A stretch of 63,812 nucleotides of DNA, counting the filler, from Reticulomyxa filosa (lineage: Eukaryota; Protista; Foraminifera): the NCBI GenBank assembly GCA_000512085.1. It is 11 parts of 11 records of this genome, joined end to end, with 100 filler letters (N's around TTAATTAATTAA, not from the genome) between each part and the next. Parts side by side here need not be neighbours in the genome. Positions count along the whole stretch, not along the records: positions 1 to 18,327 come from ASPP01029181.1; positions 18,428 to 33,210 come from ASPP01029060.1; 9 more parts are not named here. One strand, written 5' to 3'. The notes under the pieces are model-generated. The model had not been told where the DNA came from. It did not search any database and saw only the letters and a program-made list of their open reading frames with translations. How positions within the stretch are numbered: position 1 is the first letter of the stretch; the number at the start of each line of letters is the position of its first letter. Shown here in pieces: positions 12,201 to 24,200 of this stretch. Made by a program: the position numbers and the translations under genes.

Positions 12201-13950
12201 TCGGTATAACTAAATTAAGCCACTCTTACATGTGATGATTCTCTCGATGTAGTGGTTGCTCCGGTCGCAACATCGATTATTTTCTAACAATGTTCAAGTT
12301 CTGTCCTTCTTCGTCTTCCACTTTTTGTTTTCTTGAGTACTGCCCAACACATCGTCCGTAGTTCATATCCGATCCCGGAGGCCGTTTGGCAAAGATAACA
12401 GGCGTTTATTCGATAAACGCAGGGCACAAATCTTGCAGCGATGAACTCAGAAAATGCAACTAGCTTTCTTCTCCAATGATTAACAATGTCCAATCTTCCA
12501 CTAGCTCAAGGTTTCTCCCATCAGTATACATACTATCCAAAATTCAAAATTGCGAATGTGCGCGCGCTCACACAACAAGTTTTGGCATGAGTGTTCAGTC
12601 GCTGCGTTATCAAAATTAGCGTGATTTTCATAACGACTAAGTGTTCAATGCTCATTGGCGCCTATAGATCGCAGTTTGACACCTTCTTTGGTGATGTGTC
12701 GCGCCAATCATTATCCATAGAAACTCTTGTGCGCCTGTGTTAATGCCAAACGCTTTTTATAATTCTTCAAACTGCCAATGCTTGGAATCGCCACACTCGT
12801 TTAGAGTTTTCCATTGGGGTGATATGGAAAGTTGGTTTCACGCCCGCGAGTGGCGACTTTGCGCGTTTCTAGAAAAAAAAAATATTTCTATAGCAAAACT
12901 CAACAAAGCAATCTGACTGGTTATTTTTTTAAAAAAAACAAAGTCAAAGCGATACTTACTTACCATTTTTTTCTTCTCTTCATCCCCCTACTCACCACAA
13001 TCTTTTTCTTCTTGTTTGTCGCTGTGTTGACAGAGTTTCGCGCAAATCCTCCACTAAATTAACCACTCTCAAATGAGACAATTCTCCCAATGTGGTGGTT
13101 TTCTCGATCGCTCTGAGTGGGAGTCTTTGGTTTCCACTTTTTTTCTCCTCGCGTTCCACTTCTTCTCTACCACCATTGAGACAGCATCTTTTCTACTTCG
13201 CGGATATTACCACTTCTTTCTTTTTTTTCTACCTGATGAGCTTGTTTTCATCTGGCGACACCAAGACCTCGACTGTCCGTGATTAGTCTTTTTTTTTTTG
13301 CGCTCACAAAATTAAATTCATTTCCATAGCAATTGATGTTCCATTGTTTATTGACGCCTGCAGATCGCAGTCGGGTGCACTCTTTGGCGATTTTCAAGTC
13401 AACAATTATTTGCAGATACTTGCGTGCTGACGTTGATTGCCGCCAAATTCTTTCCAATGTTTGGGTTACCAATGTTTTACATTGCCACATTCGTTCTGCT
13501 CCTTCCATTGTAGCAATCTATTGAACGTTAGTTCACGCCCGCGAGGCGACTTTGCGCGTTTTCAGAGATGGTGGGCAATTACTATAACAAAACTCAAAAT
13601 CCTGCCGACAATTTTTTTTTTTTAAACCAATTCAACACGATGTAACGTCGGGATTTTCTTGTCCAGCCTCCTCATCCGAATCTTTATCTTCTTGCTATCT
13701 GGTGTCTTGACTGAGTCTCGCCACAACTTCTCCACCACTTTGCACGATATAACAATCATTTTTCTTTTTGGCGAACTTACTTTCTTCTCTGGCCACATCA
13801 ACGTTCATCACATCAGCAACATATTCACGATCAAAAATCCAAAGTCGCGATATTTCCACAACTTATTTATTATCTTTGACTGGCGCGTTCTATGTAAAAG
13901 TATTGCATATGGAAACACGAAGTCTACACTCGCCACTAAATTGAGCCAAT
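9230..13950. repeat. Tandem array of decayed repeat family A (units ~0.7-1.6 kb)
   Basis: Recurring blocks: tttgaggcaagtat(c/t)aaa(c/t)acttgc at ~9297 and ~10903; ggcacac/aaat(t)cttgcag at ~11811 and ~12423; the gcgagtggcgactttgcgcg motif at ~12846 and ~13541; aaacaaat-type block at ~10548, ~12119, ~12936 and ~13623. No long ORF is intact. Confidence 0.75.
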
Positions 13951-14235
13951 CTTATTTTTCTTTTTCTTCATTTTTATCACTTTTTTCCTTTGCTTTTTTC
14001 TATATTTTTTTAATCTTTTTTTCTCTTTTTGCTCTTTTTTTTTTTTCAAATTGCCATATTTTTTTTTTCATTTTTAATTCTTTTTTATTTTTTTCATTTT
14101 CTCATTCTTTTTCACTTTTTTTTCATTTTTCTAAAATAAATTTTTTATATTTTTTCACATTTAATTTTTTCACTTTTTTTCTAATCTTTTTACAACCTTT
14201 TCCCCTAATTTGCACATTTTTTTACTATCTTTTCC
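13950..14235. repeat. T-rich low-complexity tract
   Basis: ~280 bp of T runs interrupted by C/A. Similar tracts lie at 18135-18270 and 59880-60027, and an A-rich version at 60460-60660. Confidence 0.8.
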
Positions 14236-14319
14236 CAACATTTAAAAAAACAAAACAACATACTTTGACATGGAGCTCAAAGCTCTATTCTATTTTCATA
14301 TAGTTTTTTTTCTTTTGCA

Positions 14320-14800
14320 CGAGTAGGGGGGGAGGACAAACATTTTTTTGGATGGGGGCATGCCTATTCACAAACACAAGTATACTTTATTGAAAAAAAA
14401 AAAAAATAAAAAAATGAATAAACCTTTTAATCTTTTTTTGAACACGGGGATGGCTTCAACCCCGAAGTTTTCTTTGGATTTTGGACACGTATATATATTT
14501 TTTTTTTTGGACAGAGGGCTGTGGCTGTAATTAAAAAAACACACAATGTCATTATGTAAAAAAAAAAATAAAAAATAAAAAAATATATAAAACAAACCAT
14601 AATTTTTCCTTGCGGAGACGGAGGGCCTTGCCCCATTTTCTTTTGTTGAAGGGGACGCAATGCATCCGAAAAAAAAAGACATTTTTTTTGAAGTGGACGA
14701 CTGTTGAAAACAAACAACTTTTTTTTCAAGTTGATTATTTTAAAAAAGCAAAGAAAAAAGAGATACCAGTGGAAGAGGGTGCAAGCACCCTAATTACGAG
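14320..14800 (-). pseudogene. Decayed micro-exon Pro/Gly/Gln-rich sequence (repeat family B)
   Basis: The reverse complement ggggcaaggccctccgtctccgcaaggaaaaattatggtttgtt (MGQGPPSPQGKIM) matches 56487-56535, and ggggttgaagcc matches ~56658. Confidence 0.5.
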
Positions 14801-15908
14801 CTGGTACGATAGACAGTGACAACAAAAAAAAAAAGACCTTTTTTTTCGTTAAGACATAAATGGACAACTCATAAATGTTTATTAAAAAAGATGTAAATTT
14901 GTAATTTTTTTAAATATTTTCACATTTTTTTACAAAAAAAATTTGAAAAAATATTTGTTATAATTTTTGTTGCATTTCTACAATTGTGGTTCCAAAAAAC
15001 AGATTAATTGTGAAAAATTGAAAATTAAAATTGTTTTTTGGAATGATTCATTATTTTTCCTTTAGTGATGATTTTCTGTTGAAGAAAAAAAGTTTTCCCT
15101 TTTTAGAAAAAACTCTCTTGGACATTACAACTGTGGCTTTGACTCCTCTTCAAGCAACCTAACAAATCAAGATTCTACAGCATGGAACTCGCTCTTGAGA
15201 GTTTCTTTGCCAATGCTCTCCTCTGCAAAATGCAACAGCTGCCGAAAAAGAAAGAGAACAATCAATGTAAACTCAAAATAACACCATTCGAAAAAAAAAT
15301 CTGTTATCACAGCCAAAACAAATACTCTTGTTTATTGTGGTCTCTCCTGACATTGGCAACATTCAAGTTGACATGTACATTTATCTTCACGCCAAGAGAG
15401 GACATCAATTTTTATTGTTTCATTCAATCTATTTAGTAGGATCATGTTTTTTTATCACTTTATTGTGACCAAGCTCATTTTAAAACATTTCAAATCTAAT
15501 ATTTTAATACATTGATTATCCAGAACACTCGTTATCTTATAGAAAAGGGTTCTGAAAAACAAAGCACAACAAAATTGGCAATGATTCAATTTGAGGTGAA
15601 GTTGAAAGTTCCTCTTTTTTTGGAATTACTGTCAATGAGAAAAATGTCTGAGAAAACAGAGGAAAACCACAGGTAAATGTACAAACTATCAACCAGATGA
15701 TACTTGTCATGTAAATCTTCAGCAGCAAAAAATAAAGCGACTTAATATTGCAACAAAGACATTTACACAAATTATAATTTCTGAGCATTCCGGGGGGTGG
15801 GGATCGAATTAACAAATTTTTTTGTGTAAATGATGAAAAAGTGGTCACTAAGGGGAGAAACAACGTATACAATAACCTATCAAAAACACGTCTTTTTTTT
15901 CTAAAGCT

Positions 15909-16535
15909 ATGATCTCTTATCAAAAAGATACAATTAAAAAAAAAAAGGGCTCTCCCATAGAATCTCCAACAGTGAAAAGAAGTAAACTTGAACGTCGACA
16001 AAATTTGCAATTGTTTTTAAAGTCAAGATCCTCCAAAACAGATTTAACGAAAAAAGGGATCCTCGAAAAGAAAAACATGACACCACAATTGCAACCAGTG
16101 GCGGAAACGCTACAGCGACGGCTGAGTGTGCGTCAAGATCGCAGCATAATCCAAAAGAGAGGTATCTCGAAACTGGCAGAAGAATTGATGATAATGATAA
16201 CAGATTCTGAGAATTTTGCGCAGCTGGACGAGCAGAATGAAGAAAACATTGCGACAAAGAGATACTACGAACCGGCCCCTTCGTATATCTTTTCAAATGA
16301 ATTTATAAACAAAGCTGCGTTGGACCAAATAACAAAAAGCTATTCCACCATTCACAATCGTCGACTCATCAACTTTGACGACGACACACATGTAGACAAT
16401 AATGACGTGGATCAGCCAGAGACTTGTATCTGTCTACAAACAAATATCTTTGTAATACTTCGAGTACCACTTCTAGACATTGCCATATGCATTCACTTTT
16501 GCAAGTGGCGACTTTGCGCGAGTTTCCAAGCGTAA
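15909..16535 (+). CDS. Fragment with two degenerate RPEL (G-actin-binding) motifs, possibly a pseudogene
   Basis: RRQNLQLFLKSRSSKTDLTKKGIL and AETLQRRLSVRQDRSIIQKRGI follow RPEL spacing (LxxxLxxRPxxxxLxxxxIL) but lack the Pro. The 3' end runs into repeat family A, and upstream frames contain stops. Confidence 0.55.
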   Translation: MISYQKDTIKKKKGSPIESPTVKRSKLERRQNLQLFLKSRSSKTDLTKKGILEKKNMTPQLQPVAETLQRRLSVRQDRSIIQKRGISKLAEELMIMITDSENFAQLDEQNEENIATKRYYEPAPSYIFSNEFINKAALDQITKSYSTIHNRRLINFDDDTHVDNNDVDQPETCICLQTNIFVILRVPLLDIAICIHFCKWRLCASFQA

Positions 16536-18120
16536 AACGAAATCCATGTAATTCATTTCAATAAAGCAGGCCTACTTGTTATTTTTTTATTTTTATTTTT
16601 TTAAACAAATGTAACGCGATAAAATTTCGTAACGATCTTTTTCTTCGTCTTCATCTTCTTGATGATATCTTGTGAGTTTCGCAGGCCAAATTGAACCACT
16701 CTTGCATGTGATGGTTCTCCCAAACAGTGGTTTGCTCGATGTCCATGTGAGTCATTTTTTTTTTTTGACAACGTCCTTACTTTCTTCTTACTCGCCTTCA
16801 ACTTCTTCTTTCTCCAGTCGCTGCAGTCGTCGCTATGATATAGTATCGACATCTCTTTCACTTTGCGTGCTATCACTGTTTTCTTTTTTTCTCTTCTTGG
16901 CAGTTTGATCCCATATGTGGCGGCACCGAAGTCGAGACATTGTTTGAGATTGGTTTGAGAGAATTTTGCTACAATGTTCCAACTCATATCGTGATGTTTT
17001 CCAATTACAAGTCCATATGCTCTCTTTGATATGTGATGATGGACTACTTTGGCCTGGCCGAATAAATGCTAGCATTTGCAATGAGTGAGCACACTATTTG
17101 CATATTTTTTTTTATTAGGATTATTCGTTGTCCAGCTTTTTCCTTGCTTATTTGAGTGGCATCCAACAAGTCTTCCTTATTCCATACTCGATCACAGAGA
17201 CAGTTCGGTACAGATAATATGCGCTTGCTCGATATACGCAAGGCACACAATTCTTGCGACAATGAAATTAAAAAACAACAAGCTATTTTCTTTCTTGCCA
17301 AATCGACAATGTCCAACGTCACACACGAACTCAAGATTCAAATCCAAGTTGCGAATTTACGCACACACGACTAGTTTCGGCATGATCTATGCGTTAATAG
17401 AATTATGGTCATTTCCATAACGACCAAGTTTCACTTGTCATTTGACGCTGGTAGCTCACATTTTGACCCCCATCTTTGGCGCATTGCCACGCGAATTATC
17501 CACGGACTTCTAATGTTACGAGTTGACATTGACAGACATTGCCAAACTCGTTCTGCGTTTCCATTGGCGCGAGATGTTTGAAGTTTGTCCACGCATGCGA
17601 GTGGCGAATTTGCGCGTTCCGGACATGAAGATCATATCCAAATTTAGCTAAGATTGCCTGCTTTTTTTTTTAAACAGACCAGACGCGATATTGACTTGTT
17701 TTTTTCTTCATTATCTCCATTATTATATTCTTCTTTCTAGTGCTTGACGTGAGTTTCGCAAAACTACTATCGGATACCAACGACGGAGTTAAAAAAACGA
17801 ACCAGATTTTTCTTTCTCGCTGCATCTATCTATTCGCCAATGTCGATCGCGCTCCTTATAATCGCATACTCACAACCAAAAATTCAAACTTGAGAATACG
17901 CTAATGTATATGCAGTTCAAATGAGCGATCGGTATAATATCTCGATTGCGTTTCAACGTCCATAAAATTGCACCACCACACAACGATCGATTTCACTTGT
18001 TCGCAGGTGGTCTACAAACTTCTCCACAACTTGAGCCACTTGCGCAGGAACTATTCTTTGGCATCACGTTTTTCTCGCCTTCGTGCGTGTAACAGTACGC
18101 ACACATTCCAAGTTTTAAGG
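16475..18120. repeat. Second cluster of decayed repeat family A
   Basis: gcaagtggcgactttgcgcg at 16501 and gcgagtggcgaatttgcgcg at 17597. The segment 17160-17480 aligns by eye with 11729-12080 and 12340-12700. Confidence 0.75.
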
Positions 18121-18327
18121 AAATAACTTCCCTTTTTTTACAATTTCTTATTTATTTTTTATTTTTTTTTTTTTCTTTTTTTTTTTCTATTTTTCTATTT
18201 TTTTTTTTATCTTTATTCTTTTTTTCTTTTTCTTTTTTTCCTTTTTCTCATTGTCTTTTTTTTTTTTCAGAGTTTGTGGTCTATTCAAAAAAACAAAACA
18301 AAATCACTTTTTTAAGTTGAAAAATAA

Positions 18328-18427
18328 NNNNNNNNNNNNNNNNNNNNNNNNNNNNNNNNNNNNNNNNNNNNTTAATTAATTAANNNNNNNNNNNNNNNNN
18401 NNNNNNNNNNNNNNNNNNNNNNNNNNN
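18328..18427. other. Artificial contig spacer
   Basis: 44 N + TTAATTAATTAA + 44 N. Confidence 0.99.
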
Positions 18428-18983
18428 GATATCGTTTTATGCGCTCAGTTTTCTTTGCAACATACTGTATTTATATTGAAAAATTGACAAATTTGTGTTA
18501 TCTGATCGTAGCTATGCAAGTATTAGTTCTAATTTATTATCTTGTTGTGATCTAACTGACTAACTCCGTCTGAATACTTAATGAATTGGCTTGTTTGCAA
18601 ACATAAAGATTTATGTTTCCAATAACAATCTTGTGCATGTTAGAGAGTTCTTAATCTTGTATTGTACCAATTCGAAAAGTTTGCTTCATTTGAATATATT
18701 AAATGTATTGCTTGCTTGTTGCACTTAGTTAGGAATGAATTTAACATGTCTTAGTTTAATAATAATTTCTAATCAATTCGTTGTTATTGTCATTTGTATG
18801 CACATAAATGCATTTTCTCACAAGTTTCATTGTATCAGCTTGTTTCTAATCCTTATCCAAAATTATTAATTTAAACCGAATTGTGTTTTCTTATTTGATT
18901 TAAAAGATACAACAAAAACAGTTCGAACGCACTCGGTGCGTTCAGACTAAAATTTTTTAAAATAATCTTTTGAATGAAAAGCA

Positions 18984-20850
18984 ATGACAGAATCAATATT
19001 TATTTCCTCAAAGCCTTGGACTGATTTAGTGCAGGCGACGCCCAAATTTGTTGATATTTCTTGTTCGCTCTGTTCTGTTCCAACAACAGTACAAAGTCGA
19101 ACAAAAACTTGACAGAATAAAAAACAAATGTTTTGAAAGGTGAGCTGAATAAAGATCACTCTATAATGTTGCACTTGACAAACACATGCTCAGAAAATGT
19201 GGCATGGAGATTGAGGACAAATAGGCCAGGTCGTTACATGGTAAGGTACTGAAATTGAGGAAAGAAAAAAAGGAAAATATGAGAGCTGTCTCAAAAATAA
19301 GGAACGAATAAATAAATAAATAAAGACCAAAAGAGGGAGTAATGCCGCCTGCTCAATCAGTGGAATTAACGATTAAAATGAAATTGACGCAATTTCCGAA
19401 AAAAAAAGTGGACAAATTCTTAATCCAAGCAACAAAAATATCTGCCGACACCACTGAACAAATGTTGCCTCGGTTGGTTTGTAAAAAAAATACAAGAGAA
19501 TTTACACAAAACAACAATTCTTAAAAAGTGGGAGAAAAAAACGTTTGTAATGAATAGTGGAAGCTTCGTGATACTTTAGACGACAGTAAAAGGGGATGCT
19601 ATGCATATCAAAACTTGATGGTGAAGTGTTCCATTAACATCCTTGCAGTTTGTGTTTATCAATTTTTTTTTTATTTGATCATATGCGAATAAATTACATA
19701 CGTATCTATAAAAAAAATACAACAAAATATAAAAAAAACAAAAACAAAAAAGGACAGTCAGATATCAAATAATAAAAACACAGCGTCCTCCATTCTTCCC
19801 AAAAAAAAGAAGCGGAAGAAAATGTATCACAATCAGTGACCCCTCCATTATCGGAAACAATAGTTGAAAAAGAAAAAGACAATACAAATGAAAAAAAAGA
19901 TATCGTCGAAAACAAAACTACGTCCACACAACTTGAAATGGACAAAAAATTGTCAGAAAATTCGTTGGCGACCAATGTTAGGTCAGTGAGTGAACATGTC
20001 AAGCCATTACAGGGATTGAGTATTTCGAACAGTTTGAGGAAATTGCAACGTCAAACAGAGTCTGTCCCGTATGAATCTGGTCTTAGTCGTCACGACAATC
20101 AAAGTGATGGCGTCCACGATGACCGCAATGAAAGGGACAAGTATACAGTAACAAGTGGCAACAAAGGGGCCATTTCGATTGATCAAATGGACGAAAAAAT
20201 GCATTCCAGTGATGAGAGCACATATCGATCTCTCGTATATTTGGAAGAACAGAAACACGTCGAATCTGTGATTGCATCTATTGTTTCAATCCAAACTCAA
20301 GCCCAACCACAGACCCTCTCTCATATTGTTGAATCTGATTCCGTTTTGTCTTTCTCTTTGTTTTGTCTTGGCCTCCTTCTTCTCTGACCAGTTTCAAACA
20401 ATCAAAATATCACAGAAAATAATCGAAAAATGGAGACAAAAAGCCGCAGAATACGATGCATTGATGGAATTGACACATCAAATGCTTGCTCAAAAAAATC
20501 AACTGTTAATAGAATTGAACTTGTCACAAGAGTTAAGCCGAGCTTTAAAAAAACAATTCAATGATCTTCAACACGAAAAACGAACACTGTTGGCTTCCCC
20601 AAATGAACGAACTCGTACTCTACGCCGTGCTTACGGCCGACGTGAACACGAACAAGAAATTGATCCTGACATCGCATTTGTTGGCACTGGCCACGAAGTT
20701 GCTAAAAAAGGTATCAACCTCTCGCAACACTTCCATTTTCAAAATGCTTTTCCATCTGCCGACACTCAGCCTTACTTGTCCATTTCTGTTCTTCAAATCG
20801 CATTAGTAGTGCTCATTGCCATCATCACATTTCGATTTGGACAGGTTTAA
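18984..20850 (+). CDS. VAMP-associated protein (VAP/Scs2)-like: N-terminal MSP domain, coiled coil, C-terminal TM anchor
   Basis: Exons 18984-19062, 19140-19245, 19326-19476 and 19558-~19647 splice to ...ELNKDHSIMLHLTNTCSENVAWRLRTNRPGRYMVRPKEGVMPP...KVDKFLIQ..., matching the MSP signature (VAFKVKTTxPxxYxVRP; DKFLVQ). An intron at 20343-20391 joins the two later ORFs. The C-terminus ISVLQIALVVLIAIITFRFG is a tail anchor. The exon 4/5 junction is not resolved. Confidence 0.75.
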
Positions 20851-21261
20851 AATGATTAAACACAATTCGCAAACTCACATTAAATACTACAACGTCGCTA
20901 AGTTTTTAAAAGTGTATTGTCGACTGTGAGAGTTTTTTGCTGTTTTACGTGCAAAATATGTAAAATTTTTGAACCAACACCAATCTATGTTATTTTAAAT
21001 ATTATAAAGGAACTTGTTATTGCTTGCACAAATCTTTGCCGATTGCATAATCGAATCGTTTAACAACAAACAAAATTGGCTAAATCAATTATTTCAAATT
21101 AAAATACTATCTTAGCATTTTTTCTAATTTTTAGTGCGTAACATTTCTAGATAACTTAACGAGTTAGACAAAAAAAAGACAGTTTCCTTGTTAATATATA
21201 AAAAAAGTGAAATAAATTATTTCTTTTTAGTTGTTATACTCATCCTTCCCAATAATTTTCA

Positions 21262-24200
21262 ATGAGTGACACTGCGATCGATGAAGATCATACATATCCC
21301 TTGTTAATATTTCATTTTGTTAACTTTGGCTTTTTTTTGCCAAAAAAAACACTTGGTCATAAGTAGCATCTGAAATAACTGGGATGACAATGATAGAGCG
21401 ACGATTGTAGAAAGTCAACAAAGTACGCCAAGAGAGAGCACAGAACAAGAAAACCAATCAACACAAGCAGAAGAAGCGGGACAAGCAGGACAAGCAGGAC
21501 AAGCAGGAGAATCGCAATCAGAACGGCCAGATCCATCCGAGCACAAAGAAAAGCAAAACAATGAAGATAAAAATGACAACGATAACGTCAACAGCAATGA
21601 TAATGACAATGACAATGATAATGACAATGGCAGTGATAATGACAATGATAATGACAATGACAATAACAATAACAATGATGGCAATAACAATACAAGTGGC
21701 TATCAAATCGCAGGACTTTCAAAAACATTGACGCAGTTATCACTAGATCCTAGGGTTGCATCTATTCCGAACAAGAACAAGGGATTGGCAAGACGTGATC
21801 AGCTTAAGAAGACATATTTGAGTGAAAAGAGTTTATCTCAGTTACAAACAACAAAGAGAGAAGAGCAAATGCGCGAAGCAATGGTTAACAACAAAAAACT
21901 TGCATTTCATTAATCTTGGCGGAATTGCAATAACAGACAATCAAATAAATAAAAACACTTTTTATAAGAATATGGCAGGACTGCACTTCCATCGAGAAAT
22001 ATCATTGACAGATAAACTTAATATACCAGGAGCAAGGGTTGCGCACAGTGTAGCTTCCAACGATACGATGAGCGATGTTATGAGTGTTGATAGCGCCGGT
22101 GTGTTATTTCTTTTTTTTTTTGGGACAAATGAATAAATGAACAAAATAATAAATGGCAAATGAAAAAGGAAGTTTCAAATCAGTAACAAGCGCCTGGCAA
22201 CCCGATTTCCGACCTCCTCCAGCTGTGGAAGACAAATTAGCAGAACTGTGGACTAGCGCTGAGGTCGGAAGATGGCTAGCTCAAATCGACAATGGTCGAT
22301 TTGTCAAATATGCGAAGCAATTTGTCAGATACAAAGTCAATGGGACGAAACTCCTAAAGGTAACGAGGACTTTCTTGCAAAACTCTCTCAAAATGTGGGA
22401 CCCTGACGATAGAAAAGATATTCTTGCCAATGTTGCCCTGCTCAAAAAACAAGTTTTTTTTCTTTTCAAAAAAAGTCATGCGCACACGTGTGCAGACCAA
22501 AAAAAAAAAATCTACAACAAATTGTAACATTAAACCTCGTCTATGTTGCAACTGCAGAATGACAGGGCACGACGCAAAGTGGTGAATGATCCCAATCGAA
22601 AGAGACTTTCCATAGATTCAACCTTTCGGGTTGCGACACTATCGCCTTACACATACGTATTGGCCCCGATCCGAAAAGAACTTTGTCTGCCTATAGTTTG
22701 GTCTTTTGCATAGAAGAACAAAGCACATTCAGAGATTCAGAGATTTAAACAAACAAATAAAAGTCAATTCCTTTTCTACGATCTTGTGTTGACTGAGTTT
22801 TTTTTTAATGTATGCAAAACAGGCGTCAATTGAAGAGCTGTTGGAATGCCTTGAATTGCGTGACGAAGAAGTTTTGTGTGCTGTGTTTATTATTAACTCT
22901 ATTTTACATATGCACACAATCGATTGCTTTCTTCCAATAGAAAAAGAAAATCACTCCTAAAAACTGCGAAATTGTTCGGCAAAGTGGAAGCTGTGTTTGT
23001 CTTAAGGAAAAGACAGGAGTGTTTATTATTATTGTCACCAAAAAAGTTATGTACTTTTTTTGTTTCGAAATTAAATGAAATTGGACGAAATCGATGCATG
23101 GATGCGTAAAAAAAAAAAATAGATAAAAGACTGGAATCCGAATGAGGTCAAAGATTGGATGATTGTGTGTGCCGAAAATCGCCTTCGCAAATACGCCGAT
23201 ATTGTTTTAAAAAATCAAGTGGAAGGCAAAGAACTCATTGCTATAAGTAGTGCGTTCTTATTGAATCGTGTCGGAATTGACAATTCTCAAGATCGAAATG
23301 TGTTCATGCATCACTTGCGCTTGATTCGAGAACAAGTGGACGGTGAGCATCTCAAAGTCGATATCAACATTAATCATAGGGCCATGCGCGTTCATCGCAC
23401 TCCAGATGAAGTAGATGATGACCGCAAACGCAGATTGTCATTTGTTGAGTTCACTCTTGTTCAAAATACAAAAAAAAAGGATGCTGACTTTGTTTTCCCC
23501 CTTTTGGAGATAATATGGATTGTTGCACAACCACAATATGAACAATAACTCTAGAGAAAACCAACTGTTCAAGAAATTGGTTGGAATACTCGATATCAAG
23601 GCACTGAATATGAAGATACTACCAAAGGAAATTTTTTGGATGAGAGACTTGATTACCGGGCTTCGACTGAAGCCTTTGAAAAACGAAAGCAACTTTTACC
23701 ATCAAAAAAGCAACCTACTGTTCAAGAAATTGGAATGTTCTGTACTCATTTTTTTTTGCAAAAATATTGTACGTACTCTGACATTTCTTATATAATTCAG
23801 AAATCAGGATTATCAAATCCCTCAATGGAAAGAAGAATCGAAAAGTGCGAAAACCAAGCAGACACAAACAGTTCCTCCAAAACTGGGGCCACGAGATATT
23901 GGCCAAAATATGAATTACAATTTACCGGCATGGAGCCAAGAAATTGATGAAAAAGTTAAAACTTGGGACATTTACAAAGAGAGATATCATCCAAGACGAA
24001 ACTCCGAATCTAAGCAAGCTCATGGTTATTCGGCTAGTGCGCCAGAGACAGAATCTGCTTCCAATTATACTTTACCTGAATGGTAAGCAAACTCATACGT
24101 TACACATTCCCTCCTCTTTAATTGATAAATACAATAATACTTGTCATCACACGAATTATTCTCATTTTTGAACATGTTCATATATGTCTTGTTTGGCACA

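Noticed and set aside
13659-14303. 214-aa Phe-rich ORF resembling a membrane protein
   Set aside because: It is the translation of a T-rich low-complexity tract.
9230-18120. CRISPR array or intact transposon in the repeat region
   Set aside because: Units are long, irregular and degenerate, with no constant repeat-spacer pattern. No cas, transposase or RT motifs and no clear TIR/LTR were found.
21415-21706. Minus-strand (LS)n and (IV)n hydrophobic ORFs
   Set aside because: They are the antisense of the Asp/Asn hexamer repeat in the plus-strand gene.
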